Of a stretch of 64,000 bases of DNA, positions 24,060 through 33,648 are shown in pieces (the stretch's first letter is position 1; every line of letters begins with the position of its first letter). The stretch lies in contig CAVPZX010000002.1 in assembly GCA_963710375.1 (NCBI GenBank), positions 992,001 to 1,056,000 on the forward strand, given 5' to 3'. The translations under genes were made by a program, and so were the position numbers. The stretch comes from Nitrospirota bacterium (GTDB lineage: Bacteria > Nitrospirota > Thermodesulfovibrionia > Thermodesulfovibrionales > Dissulfurispiraceae). Below the pieces are notes generated by a model. That model did not search any database and was not told the origin of the DNA. It saw only the letters and a program-made list of their open reading frames with translations.

Positions 24060-24611
24060 ATGAAATGGAAAGAGGAGAAAGAAATGGTCAGAAAAGAAAA
24101 GACATACAGGTTTTTAGCCATAGCATATAATGTCGAACCCGAAACAGTTGACTACAAGACAGTCCGGTTGATGAGGATCAAAGCATTTCGATCCGACACA
24201 GCAGAAAAAATCGCAAACAGGCGAATCGCGAAGCTGGAGAAGCGGACAGGCTGCGAGTGGACACTCCACAGGGAACCAGGCAAAGTATCGGACCGCGCAG
24301 AGCGGAGGCTCAGGGCAGTCAGATTTCTAAGCCGGGCAAATGATTGTATCTTGGAGAGTATTAAATCGCGGAAAGATCTCCGAGGCGAGATTGATAACAT
24401 GTCAAAGACAGCGGAATATACGTCTGCAAAATATCCTGAACAGATACTCATGAAAGTCGCGTTGCTGCGTCGGAAGATTGGAGATACGGAATTACTTCGG
24501 GAAGCCAGCGAGCTCGCCTCCTTGGCCTCGTTGGCGTCGGCTGGGAAGCTGCGGCCTCCAGTTAACAAAGGGAAGTTGCTCTCGGATATAATAATTGAGG
24601 ATCGCCAGTGA
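24060..24611 (+). CDS. Hypothetical basic protein
   Basis: 183-aa ORF; only the tail (GKLRPP...LSDIIIEDR) weakly recalls antitoxin C-termini. Confidence 0.4.
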   Translation: MKWKEEKEMVRKEKTYRFLAIAYNVEPETVDYKTVRLMRIKAFRSDTAEKIANRRIAKLEKRTGCEWTLHREPGKVSDRAERRLRAVRFLSRANDCILESIKSRKDLRGEIDNMSKTAEYTSAKYPEQILMKVALLRRKIGDTELLREASELASLASLASAGKLRPPVNKGKLLSDIIIEDRQ

Positions 24612-24672
24612 GTGCTTCCGACATAGCCACGATGATAATGCTGGAATTTTCTAATTATCAGTGGCACTATAA

Positions 24673-25194
24673 ATGAGGGTAGCTCCCGGGAGAAAAAAAG
24701 CTTTACCTGTGGATATGGACGAATCTCAGTTAAATCGCCTCAGAAGTTATGCATGGAACTACTTTGCTTATCATGCAGAGCAGAGAATTAAGACTTTTAA
24801 CTTTTATATTATTCTTGTAGCAGTAATCATCGGCGGCTGCGGAACAGCTCTATCTAATATAAATAAAGAATACTTTAGATTGCTTCTTTCTCTTCTCGGG
24901 TTCCTTCTCACAATTATTTCAGTCGCGTTCGCTTTCCTCGATCGAAGAAATAAGGAATTAGTTCGAAATGGTGAAGCTGCATTAAGGTACCTTGACGAAT
25001 TCGAAGAACTACCAAGCGAAGGATCTGCGCCGCATGTTTTACAATTATTTTCAAGGGATGATCATATCTGTTCGAATAAGCCGAAAGGTCTATCCATCAG
25101 GGCTCATATTTCTTACTCCCACGTATTTAGGAGTATTTTTCTTGTTTTTGGCGTGATAGGCCTGATTATAGGCATAGCGTGTTTGATATATTGA
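24673..25194 (+). CDS. Small 3-TM membrane protein
   Basis: Three hydrophobic segments; YAWNYFAYHAEQR and FLDRRN motifs. Confidence 0.6.
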   Translation: MRVAPGRKKALPVDMDESQLNRLRSYAWNYFAYHAEQRIKTFNFYIILVAVIIGGCGTALSNINKEYFRLLLSLLGFLLTIISVAFAFLDRRNKELVRNGEAALRYLDEFEELPSEGSAPHVLQLFSRDDHICSNKPKGLSIRAHISYSHVFRSIFLVFGVIGLIIGIACLIY

Positions 25195-25343
25195 GACTGG
25201 AGCTCAGGCAAGATTTTAGCGGCATATGGTTTTGACACTTTTGGGTACTAATTAGGTATCGAATGGTGACCCATTAACTGTCCCGCAGGAGAAGCTGTTA
25301 TGATGTCCAAACAGATCGGAAGATAAGAAAGGGTGTATTACTC

Positions 25344-26360
25344 ATGACCCCCAAACCTCTTCGTATAGGCAATGCGGCACATAGGTTTAAGACATATGTA
25401 ACGCCAGATTATGTATCAATTTCAGATGGAGAAATAGCTCATTTTGAGACTTTTCTACGATTCCTTTACGAAAAGTATTTAGAGGGAAGTGTATTGCTTA
25501 CCTACAGAGGAGAAGATTTTAGAAATATTACGCGTAGATTAACCAACATCACAGTCCCCGATATAGAAATTTACAATCGAGCTTTCTATTTTGGCGATAA
25601 AGCAAGGCACTACCAATCGGATGTTTTTAATCCTGATAGCAGGAATTTTCTTACGGGTATAAATGACTCATCTGAGTCAACCATTGCGTATATTTTTAGC
25701 CGCATAAATAATGTTGTTACGTCAGAAAGCAATCTGAGAAGATTGGTATCTCAGAAATTTAGTAAGTTTTTCTCAAAAAATGATAATAAAGAACAATTTG
25801 TTTTGGCTATAAATCGCTGTGATAGCGAGGAAGAGAAGGTTAAGTTACGTGATTACTACCTTTATTTCTTGCATACTGCCGGGTCAAAAGGTATAAGAAA
25901 AGAGGCGTTCTTTGTTTCAACATCCTCAAGTAAGGTTGTTGCACGCGGCTTCGCCCGAAATCGCAAACTAATTTTTCATTATTATATTCCTCAACCGTAT
26001 TATTGTCATGCTGTTGCACCTTGGATTATTGAAGAACATCAACATATAGTAAATAAGCGGAAGCTGCCTATCTATCAACCTTTCGGACTTTTCGCTAACC
26101 AGACAGAAGTAGCAGTTAAAGGGGCTTTGTTTCCTCAATTCTTATATGGTATCGAATTGGTTGAGGGTAATCAATTGATGGTGAATCCTCATATTCTTTC
26201 CTTGAGAAAGAATCAGTTCAAGGAAGCTATAAAAACTGGCGTGACAATTGATCAGAGTGATTTTCATAATAAAATATTTCAAACTGGTTTTATTCGTTGG
26301 GTTCAAGCAGACGAAAACGGCCATTACGAGCAGCATGACCTCTGTCATCACATGATATAG
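25344..26360 (+). CDS. Putative ADP-ribosyltransferase-fold protein (R-S-E type)
   Basis: LTYRGE ... FVSTSSSKVVARGFA ... NQTEVAV in the expected order. Confidence 0.5.
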   Translation: MTPKPLRIGNAAHRFKTYVTPDYVSISDGEIAHFETFLRFLYEKYLEGSVLLTYRGEDFRNITRRLTNITVPDIEIYNRAFYFGDKARHYQSDVFNPDSRNFLTGINDSSESTIAYIFSRINNVVTSESNLRRLVSQKFSKFFSKNDNKEQFVLAINRCDSEEEKVKLRDYYLYFLHTAGSKGIRKEAFFVSTSSSKVVARGFARNRKLIFHYYIPQPYYCHAVAPWIIEEHQHIVNKRKLPIYQPFGLFANQTEVAVKGALFPQFLYGIELVEGNQLMVNPHILSLRKNQFKEAIKTGVTIDQSDFHNKIFQTGFIRWVQADENGHYEQHDLCHHMI

Positions 26361-26520
26361 AATGACTATGGGTGACACACTGGCAGCTTGCGGTGTTACT
26401 ATGCACTATCGAAGAATGGAGACCAACATACCATATGTGGCGGACGCATGAACTTTGGCGACTGTAAGGCCGCAGATGTTGAATGTGTATAAGAGAAGGT
26501 TGAAATAATACATGGCCCAG

Positions 26521-26865
26521 TTATCGCAGCACTGATTCCAAATCCATTTCGTCTTTTATCATCCCTACAGTGTCACCCGGTATCAACAGAACCAGCTTCT
26601 GTAAAGGCTTTGAAGGGGGTATCTCGTCTTTTATCACTTGTCTCGCCAAGGAAGATGCACGGAGTTCTTTGCGTCGCTGCCGCCAGGGTTTTACATAGTC
26701 GAGATAGAGGTTGTCGAAATAGGTGGAATTATTTTGCTGCCATTGCTGCTGGGCCTGTTTCTTCCTTGCCCGCTTGCATTGCTCCCTCTGGCAGACTTTC
26801 TGCCTTTGGCCAACTCGTTTATCAGGTGTGAAATACCGCCCACAGTGCATGCATCGCTTGACCAA
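26521..26865 (-). CDS. Small Cys-rich basic protein, likely a mobile-element remnant
   Basis: CMHCGRYFTPDKR..QKVC....C; RBS GGAGG; appears truncated. Confidence 0.45.
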   Translation of the reverse strand: MVKRCMHCGRYFTPDKRVGQRQKVCQREQCKRARKKQAQQQWQQNNSTYFDNLYLDYVKPWRQRRKELRASSLARQVIKDEIPPSKPLQKLVLLIPGDTVGMIKDEMDLESVLR

Positions 26866-27262
26866 TGATTACCTCCAGTTACTTTGTTTGTGGTAATCAT
26901 TGTATGTAAAGGTGGGTTTCTAAGGTTGGGGTTTCAGTCTACCAAAAAATGCCAACTGTAAATTTCAGGCTGGTTCCATCGGTGGCGCTTTCGGTTCCTC
27001 CGCTATCAGTCCTTTTACTCCGGCCCCCACAGACGGGTAGAGGTCCATGCGCCTTCACATATTGCTTATCAGATAATAAAAGAAATAATTACATATGGAA
27101 GAAAAAATGCCGATGATTCTGTAATAGAAGAATGGCGAGAATATAGTGCCAAATATTTGAAGCTACCTGTGGAATGAAGATGGCAATAAAGAGGCTGGTT
27201 AATGAATTTTACAATTTGGACGATTTCACAGAGAACTATGCGGTCTCTCCTGGTTATGCAAC

Positions 27263-29899
27263 TTAGAGTAAACTCTTAGCGCACCGGAAACCAGCATTCC
27301 CGCAAAGGTAGCCAGGGAGGTACGAGTTGATGCTGGCGCATCGGCAGTAAGCGGATCCATCGGCCCAAGAACCGCCATGAAGCGCTTGCCTGTCCTCGGT
27401 CCACTCCCACATGTTACCGGCCATGTCGTAGCAGCTGTAAGGACTTACGCCGTTAGAATACTTATTGACGGGTGTTGTTTTTCCAAGACCCGACTCTGTA
27501 GTGTTGCACCTCTTCCGATCGAATTGATTGCCCCAGGGATAGACCCGTCCGTCAATGCCTCTAGCAGCCTTTTCCCACTCCTCCTTGGTTGGTAGACGCT
27601 TGTCAGCCCATTCAGCATAGGCACGGGCACCATGCCAGAAGACAAAAATCACTGGGTGCTTCTCAAAGCCTGACTTGACCACAAACCGCTTTTTATTAAA
27701 ACGAATGTGACAATGTTCCCCCGCGTAGATCCCTTTCAGGTCTATCCATTGTTCTTTTTCTACAGCGGTGCAACCCATGGCATTCAAAAAATCGGTGAAT
27801 TCAGCATTCGTCACAGGGTATTTATCTATGAAAAAACTCTCCTTGATGTTGGAAATTCGAATATTATCATCCGCGCCTATTATGAACTGGCCTGATGGAA
27901 CGAAGACCATATCGGACGGTTCCTCAATCCCAACCGTTGGTTCAATATATTCATAAACAGAGGGCGTTATCATGTAGGACACAAAGAGGGCGATCTCATT
28001 AGTGATATTTTTTTTCCGTGCCATATTCTTTGGTATTTCCTTTGCTATCTTGCATGCGACAAAATATTCTATAAATGATCGATGAGCGAAGGCATAGTAC
28101 CCCTCCGCATCATTGCGTTGGAGAAAGGTAGAATTTCGTATCTGATAGTCCAGATTATCGAGCGACAGCCTCAATGTATCCTTAACAGGCGCATCGAAAA
28201 ACCTATTAATGGCCTCCAGCAGGGTATTAAAATGTAGCTTATACTTTTCTCTTGTGAACATATAAAAGGCAAGCTCCTCCATAAAGAGCATGATGCCTTT
28301 GGGCAGCTTTGCTTCTGACCGCTTCTGTTCACGTTGTTCCCATGCCTCTGTAATTACTTGGTATAGCCTTCCTGAGGTTATCGTTCCTTTTGCGTTTCTG
28401 ATTGCCTCGATATCTTTGACGATCATCTCGATCAGTATGGGACGGCTTGCGAGATCCTTCATATCGAAGACTTTTGTTAAGGTATTTCTCCAAAACTGCT
28501 CTGCCTCTTTTTCTCCGAGGCAAAGACTCAAATAGGTTTTTATTTGGGAATCGGCGAATGGGCATATATAGACCCTTTCAAAACGGGGTCTTTGGAACCC
28601 GCTCGGCCCTGCTTGAGCGCCCTGTACGAGAGCAAGGTGATCTTTTTCTTCATAAACACTTCTAAAAAATTGCGTCCTGCTCGTCAGGATCACTTTGTGA
28701 TATGGCGCGGCAATCATGGACAGGTTCTCGATTTCCCTGAGAACCGTTTTCTTGTCGAACGTTACCGATAATTCATCAAAACCGTCTAGGATGAGGATTA
28801 TCTCACCCTCTTTCCCCTTGGTTCTGGCATCAATCTCGGCTTGGGCAGCCTCCTGCCAGCCTCTTGTCCGGACTTGGCTGAGGCTCGCGATAACAGGGAT
28901 GTATTTCGGTCCTTCAAGATCAGAGGCGAGTTTGTAGCAGAATGACGTTTTGCCGATGCCATAGTCGCCGAGCACTGCCAGGAGCTTCCGATTCGGGTCC
29001 TTCAGCCATTCATGGGTATACGTGTGCAGCAACTTCGTACTCTTTTGCTTGATGTCTTCAGCATGGCAGAACGGTTCAATGTAATGCTTTGGCACATATT
29101 CGCAATACTTTCTTTGCTCACTTGGCGGCGGAGGCGCCTCTAAGGGAGGATCCAAGACAATTATTGTTCTCGGGAAGCCGCATGCTGATAGCCATTTATT
29201 AACGGGTTTAAGAATCCGGTTTGTTTTCTTCTCCTCTTCTTCTAAGCGTTCACCTATTATCGAATTACCCTTCCAGTGCCATATGACTATCCCTTGGTTA
29301 ATCTCAACTGACGTGATATGCTCCCTGATCCCGCCCTGATCCATCCGGATATAAGCCTGATCCATCTCATCGGCAAGCCGTAATAATGCAGTTATGCGAA
29401 TAAGGTTGATGGGTTCCTGACAAAGCTGTTCGTCAGCGAAATTCTCGGGGAGGTCGGCAATAGGGCAAATGTCCTCAGTGGAATGTCCAAAACAGACATT
29501 AGCGACGGCTTCAGCAATTGGCGGTATCATCTTCGTGCGATGATGCGGACGAAATGGCCCGAAGAAGTATTTATCTGGATCATTTAAAATATATTTCCTA
29601 GATCGCAGGGAATGATCTTTGGGGTCAATGCGGTCGCTTTCGTCGCGATAGCCGATATCGTGCAGATAGACGGCATAGAGCAGGATGAAAATCTCAACTG
29701 GATTGAGACCTCGTTTGAAAGCCTCGGGGATAAGCTGATCGAGTTTGACTTCCAACCTTTTGGAATGATCGATCCCATTCTTGTCGATGCCGTCAAGCCA
29801 TTCAGAAGCATTTTTTTTCACCTTTTCGATATGTTCGTGAAGGTTGACTCCCCCATCGCAAGTTGTTTTCCCCAACAGCAGTTCATGCAATGCGCCCAT
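27263..29899 (-). CDS. HD-phosphohydrolase + NACHT/STAND NTPase + FGE-sulfatase (SUMF1-like) fusion
   Basis: H..S, LHDIG, LADEMD; Walker A GDYGIGKT, Walker B ILDGFDE; PVTN, RLPTKEEWEKAARG, YPWGN, DMAGNMWEW, GFRC; RBS AAGGGAG before ATG 29899. Confidence 0.85.
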   Translation of the reverse strand: MGALHELLLGKTTCDGGVNLHEHIEKVKKNASEWLDGIDKNGIDHSKRLEVKLDQLIPEAFKRGLNPVEIFILLYAVYLHDIGYRDESDRIDPKDHSLRSRKYILNDPDKYFFGPFRPHHRTKMIPPIAEAVANVCFGHSTEDICPIADLPENFADEQLCQEPINLIRITALLRLADEMDQAYIRMDQGGIREHITSVEINQGIVIWHWKGNSIIGERLEEEEKKTNRILKPVNKWLSACGFPRTIIVLDPPLEAPPPPSEQRKYCEYVPKHYIEPFCHAEDIKQKSTKLLHTYTHEWLKDPNRKLLAVLGDYGIGKTSFCYKLASDLEGPKYIPVIASLSQVRTRGWQEAAQAEIDARTKGKEGEIILILDGFDELSVTFDKKTVLREIENLSMIAAPYHKVILTSRTQFFRSVYEEKDHLALVQGAQAGPSGFQRPRFERVYICPFADSQIKTYLSLCLGEKEAEQFWRNTLTKVFDMKDLASRPILIEMIVKDIEAIRNAKGTITSGRLYQVITEAWEQREQKRSEAKLPKGIMLFMEELAFYMFTREKYKLHFNTLLEAINRFFDAPVKDTLRLSLDNLDYQIRNSTFLQRNDAEGYYAFAHRSFIEYFVACKIAKEIPKNMARKKNITNEIALFVSYMITPSVYEYIEPTVGIEEPSDMVFVPSGQFIIGADDNIRISNIKESFFIDKYPVTNAEFTDFLNAMGCTAVEKEQWIDLKGIYAGEHCHIRFNKKRFVVKSGFEKHPVIFVFWHGARAYAEWADKRLPTKEEWEKAARGIDGRVYPWGNQFDRKRCNTTESGLGKTTPVNKYSNGVSPYSCYDMAGNMWEWTEDRQALHGGSWADGSAYCRCASINSYLPGYLCGNAGFRCAKSLL

Positions 29900-30196
29900 A
29901 GAAGCTCCCTTAAAGGTGAATGTGAAAGCCAAATCAATATCTTTCAAGTATTGTACATAAAACATCAGATGAATTGGAAAAGAACGAGAGGTGTTGCAAT
30001 AGAGACGATACCATATGGAAATTAATTTAATATTGAAAAAGTTGAACGATGAATGGTAATTGCGGCTATAGCTGATAGCTAGCATGTGATCGACCGGGCC
30101 TCGAATAGGATCCAATATATTTTAGAGCAAATACTCGAAATTAAAATAGAATTTGCATTTTAGCCTGGGTCAACAATTGAACGGTGATGTGTGGAA

Positions 30197-30330
30197 TTTT
30201 TCATTTTTTGCGCAAAATCTTCCGGAATTTTTCACTTTATGTGCAAAATATTTTCATTTTATAAGATAATAGGTTTTGTAACTTATTGAAATTACATCGG
30301 GGCAACTTTCACTTTTTGAGAAAACCTATA
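30197..30330 (-). repeat. Internal Tn7-like distal-type end (three sites, IHF-like gap, terminal site; ends CCTATA rather than CCTACA)
   Basis: Same layout as 33649-33780: TTTCATTTTTTGCGCAAA, TTTCACTTTATGTGCAAA, TTTCATTTTATAAGATAA, TAACTTATTGAAA, TTTCACTTTTTGAGAAAACCTATA. Confidence 0.8.
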
Positions 30331-30340
30331 GCATGCTTGT

Positions 30341-30410
30341 TGTGGGTTGACGCATAAACTGCAATTCCTGACTCATAAGTTGCAGTAAATTGACGCATAA
30401 GCTGCAATAA
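30341..30410 (+). repeat. Internal Tn7-like proximal-type end of a related element
   Basis: TGTGGG then TTGACGCATAAACTGCAA, CTGACTCATAAGTTGCAG, TTGACGCATAAGCTGCAA with the same 21/22-bp spacing as 9932-10000. Confidence 0.8.
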
Positions 30411-31104
30411 GCTTTTGTTGAACGTGTGCAGAAAAAAGTAGATGTTGTGACTGAACACCAGATAATGGTACTAGCACACTAACTAGGGTGGCAGGATAAA
30501 AGCCAGAAGCTGTAAAAAAAGAGAGGCTCCACGTCTTCCCTCGTACCTTGCACTATTCGTTTGTTTGGTACACCCTAATCCGCTTTGTTCAAATTGTTGC
30601 AGCAGTGAAGATTTTCGAGAGAAGTCCACAGACCGGGCCAGAATAAGCAACGGGGATACTCATTAGTGAAAAATTAAACAGGTTTATCCCCCGTTTGCAT
30701 GAATTTGTTGTACGCCATCTTGCCATAATGCTGTCAAGTTCAAATAGTAGAAGGTAGTGTCTCAGTTTGATTTTTTGTATAATATAGTTCAGGAGGTGAT
30801 GTCTTTGAAAGCAATTTTGATGTAACGCCTGAAGCTCCTTAATAACGCAAAAGTATTTATGTATTTATGATACGAAGGGGAGCGCCACCGACAGGGCTGT
30901 TGGGATTGCCAACTTAGATGCTCACTCATCTAAAATGTTTGAGGGTGGTTATTGCAATGGTATGTCATTTTATCAGACGGGAACGGGTGCGTAGAGTGAG
31001 TAAGCGCCCGGCTTCTACTTTTTTTCTTGACAGGGAACGTTCGTTCACCTATAATTATTAAAAAGAACTTTACATTTTGATTATAGTAGATTAATGTTAA
31101 ACAA

Positions 31105-31770
31105 ATGATACTAACAGACAAGCTCATAAAAGATGTATGTAGTAAAGGGGATATCAAGATTGTGCCATTTGAGGATTGTCAAATTGAACCCGCCTCATAT
31201 GATTTGCGAGTAGGGAAACACGGTGCTACGACAAGTACAAAAAAAATTGTTGACATAGAAAAGCAAGGATACATGCTGATTGAACCGGGGGATTTTGCTA
31301 TTGTCGGTGTTTTGGAAGAGATTACTCTTGGATCAAAATATGCGGGACGTATAGGCTTGCGCTCAAAATTTGCCCGAAAGGGATTAATAGCAACAGCAGG
31401 GTCGCAAGTTGATCCGGGCTATCACGGTCGTCTTAAAATTGGACTTACCAACTTGACACCTAAAGCAATATCTTTGCCGTTTAAGGATGATTTTATAACA
31501 TTAGAGATTCATGAACTTACAGAACCGGCGTTAAAACCATATGATGGTCCCTATCAAGATCAATTAGATTTAAGTCCAGCGGATATAGAAGCAGTTACCG
31601 AAGGGAGCGGAATGGCACTTTCAGAAATGATGGTGACATTAAGCTCTCTGAGTCAAAACGTGGGAAGGTTAAGCACGGATTTTGAAGTATTCCAAAAAAC
31701 GCTTAAAATAGTTGGCGGAATCCTAAGTTTACTTATTGCCATAGCAACCATTATTGTTGCTTTAAAATAA
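31105..31770 (+). CDS. dCTP deaminase (dUTPase-fold) homolog with a C-terminal hydrophobic helix
   Basis: MILTD, EPASYDLRVG, RSKFARKGL, VDPGYHG; tail IVGGILSLLIAIATIIVALK. Confidence 0.8.
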   Translation: MILTDKLIKDVCSKGDIKIVPFEDCQIEPASYDLRVGKHGATTSTKKIVDIEKQGYMLIEPGDFAIVGVLEEITLGSKYAGRIGLRSKFARKGLIATAGSQVDPGYHGRLKIGLTNLTPKAISLPFKDDFITLEIHELTEPALKPYDGPYQDQLDLSPADIEAVTEGSGMALSEMMVTLSSLSQNVGRLSTDFEVFQKTLKIVGGILSLLIAIATIIVALK

Positions 31771-31901
31771 ACTTGTCTTAAAACAACAATAGAATTTCCT
31801 CAAAGTCCCAAGCATGATGGACCTGCCCCCAAAAAACTGTGCCAGCGATAATTTGAGTTTTCTGGCAAAATTAACTACCCAAAGAAAGGGAGGATTTTGC
31901 C

Positions 31902-32168
31902 ATGAAGAAGTCGAAGTATACGGAAGAACAGATTGCTTTTGCGTTGAAGCAAGCAGAGACTGGTACACCGATAGCCGAAGTGATCCGGAAACTTGGGATC
32001 AGTGAGCAGACCTTTTACAACTGGAAAAAGAAGTATGGCGGACTGGGCCCCAGTGAGCTAAGGAGGCTGAAGCAACTGGAAGAGGAGAACCGGACGCTCA
32101 AGCAGATGATTGCAGACCTGAGCTTAGATAAGCACATGCTGCAGGAGGTACTCAGAAAAAAATTCTAA
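31902..32168 (+). CDS. IS3 transposase OrfA
   Basis: MKKSKYTEEQIAFALKQAE, TFYNWKKKYGG, LEEENRTLK. Confidence 0.92.
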   Translation: MKKSKYTEEQIAFALKQAETGTPIAEVIRKLGISEQTFYNWKKKYGGLGPSELRRLKQLEEENRTLKQMIADLSLDKHMLQEVLRKKF

Positions 32169-32997
32169 GGCCTGACCGAAAGCGTAAACTGGTGAAATAT
32201 CTCCAGGAAAGTTTCAGGGTCAGTGAGCGGAGGGCATGCAAGGCATTAGCTTTTGGCCGTACCACTCACCGATACCGGAGCAAACTAAAGGGCAGGCCGA
32301 ACTCATCATGAGGATCAAAGAGCTTGCTGCTGTTAGAGTGCGTTATGGATACCGTAGAATCCACGTGCTTTTAAGACGAGAGGGGTGGAAAGTAAACCAT
32401 AAGCGGGTGCATCGTCTATATCTGCTGGAGGGGCTGAATCTCAGGACGAAGAGGCCTAAGCGGAAGCGCCCTGCAATGGTAAGAATTCTCCGAGAGCCAG
32501 CAGTAACAGTGAATACGTGTTGGAGCATGGACTTCGTTTCTGATAGCCTATTCAATGGCCGGCGGTTCAGATCATTAACTGTAGTCGATAATTTTAGTCG
32601 GGAGTGCTTAGCGATCGAGGTGGATCAGGGCATCAAAGGGGAGCAGGTAGTAGCGGTGATGAATCGCTTGAAATACATCAGGGGAGTACCCAAGAGCATA
32701 CGGGTTGACAACGGCCCGGAGTTCGTCTCGAAAGCATTAGATCAGTGGGCGTATGAAAACGGGGTTACGCTGGATTTCTCGCGGCCTGGAAAGCCCGTGG
32801 ATAATGCCTTTGTCGAGTCCTTCAATGGAAGCTTCCGGGACGAGTGTCTGAATGTGAACTGGTTTCTCTCGATAGAAGATGCTAAGATGAAGATCGAGAC
32901 ATGGCGGAAGGAGTATAACGAGTTCCGTCCCCATAGTTCTCTGGACGATATGACGCCCAGTGATTTTGCCAAAGCGGAGGCCGCAGCGGCGGCTTAA
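32157..32997 (+). CDS. IS3 transposase OrfB (integrase core), with an extra frameshift near 32285
   Basis: YGYRRI, WSMDF, VDNGPEF, PGKPVDNAFVESFNG; the N-terminal SERRAC segment lies in another frame. Confidence 0.85.
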
Positions 32998-33053
32998 AAA
33001 GGCCGGAAAACTCAACATTACGGTGGACCACTTTTCGGGGTACAGTCAAACTT

Positions 33054-33356
33054 ATGAGCATTCAAACAACTGGTTGGTCCAACAAGGGGGGGACCTCTGA
33101 CAGAGCGTGCGCCTGTGGAACGTGGAAGCAACACTGGATAAATTTTTCTAAGAAAACATGGCCCGCAAGTTGCTCAGTTGAAAAATGTTCCAATACGCCT
33201 ACCATAGGTGGTCACGTCATTAATCCGAGTGTGGACGGAGAGCGGATTGTTCCTATGTGCGACTCATGTAATAAGCTCAGCGGTACTTTCACATTGAAGG
33301 GTGGCGTTACTCTTCCAAGCGCTAACCAATCACAAACCTGCGCGAAAAAGGTATAA
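33054..33356 (+). CDS. Small Cys-rich HNH/His-Me-finger-like protein
   Basis: CAC, CSVEKC, GGHV, IVPMCDSCN. Confidence 0.5.
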   Translation: MSIQTTGWSNKGGTSDRACACGTWKQHWINFSKKTWPASCSVEKCSNTPTIGGHVINPSVDGERIVPMCDSCNKLSGTFTLKGGVTLPSANQSQTCAKKV

Positions 33357-33424
33357 CACGTCGCTTCCAAGGGATGCTGCTGCGTGCCTTTATCGCGCAG
33401 CATCCCTTAACTGCAAGGTTACCC
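33351..33424 (+). other. attC-like (integron cassette) palindrome
   Basis: TAAC overlapping the stop, inner IR AAGGGATGCTGC / GCAGCATCCCTT, closing GTTA. Confidence 0.5.
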
Positions 33425-33558
33425 CATATGTTTCCGTTAATCTGCATTAGCTTCAATTAATAAGATCAAACGATAAATCGGTGTACAAGACAAAGGAGTG
33501 GAGTATGAGTCTTGTTAACAGCTTCGGTCTCTTCCATTGCTACCCCTGCTAACCTCTC

Positions 33559-33616
33559 GCCGGAATGAGTGGCAGGAATAAATTGGAATAGGTGGCAGGA
33601 TTCCTCGGAATCTCCA
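33559..33616. mobile_element. IS21-family terminal repeat remnant
   Basis: GGAATGAGTGGCAGGA / GGAATAGGTGGCAGGA tandem repeats ending GGAATCTCCA; no istA/istB seen. Confidence 0.6.
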
Positions 33617-33648
33617 GAAATCAGTGAATATTTTTGTCCATTGGGGAG

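Larger units (their letters stand above)
31818..33048 (+). mobile_element. IS3-family (IS407-group-like) insertion sequence
   Basis: Imperfect terminal IRs (TGGACCTGCCCCCAAAA / TGACTGTACCCCGAAAA); orfA 31902-32168; A7 slippery site 32156-32162; DDE orfB. Confidence 0.9.

Noticed and set aside
24060..24611. Toxin-antitoxin module
   Set aside because: Only a weak antitoxin-like tail, and no adjacent PIN/RelE toxin
29900..30115. 72-aa N-terminal extension of the HD-NACHT ORF
   Set aside because: Non-coding-like AT-rich sequence; the RBS supports ATG 29899
30420..31100. Small RNA or type I toxin in the long spacer
   Set aside because: Only an 8-codon ORF after AGGAGGTG and weak hairpins; not supportable by eye
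31810..33055. IS3 target-site duplication
   Set aside because: Flanks do not match
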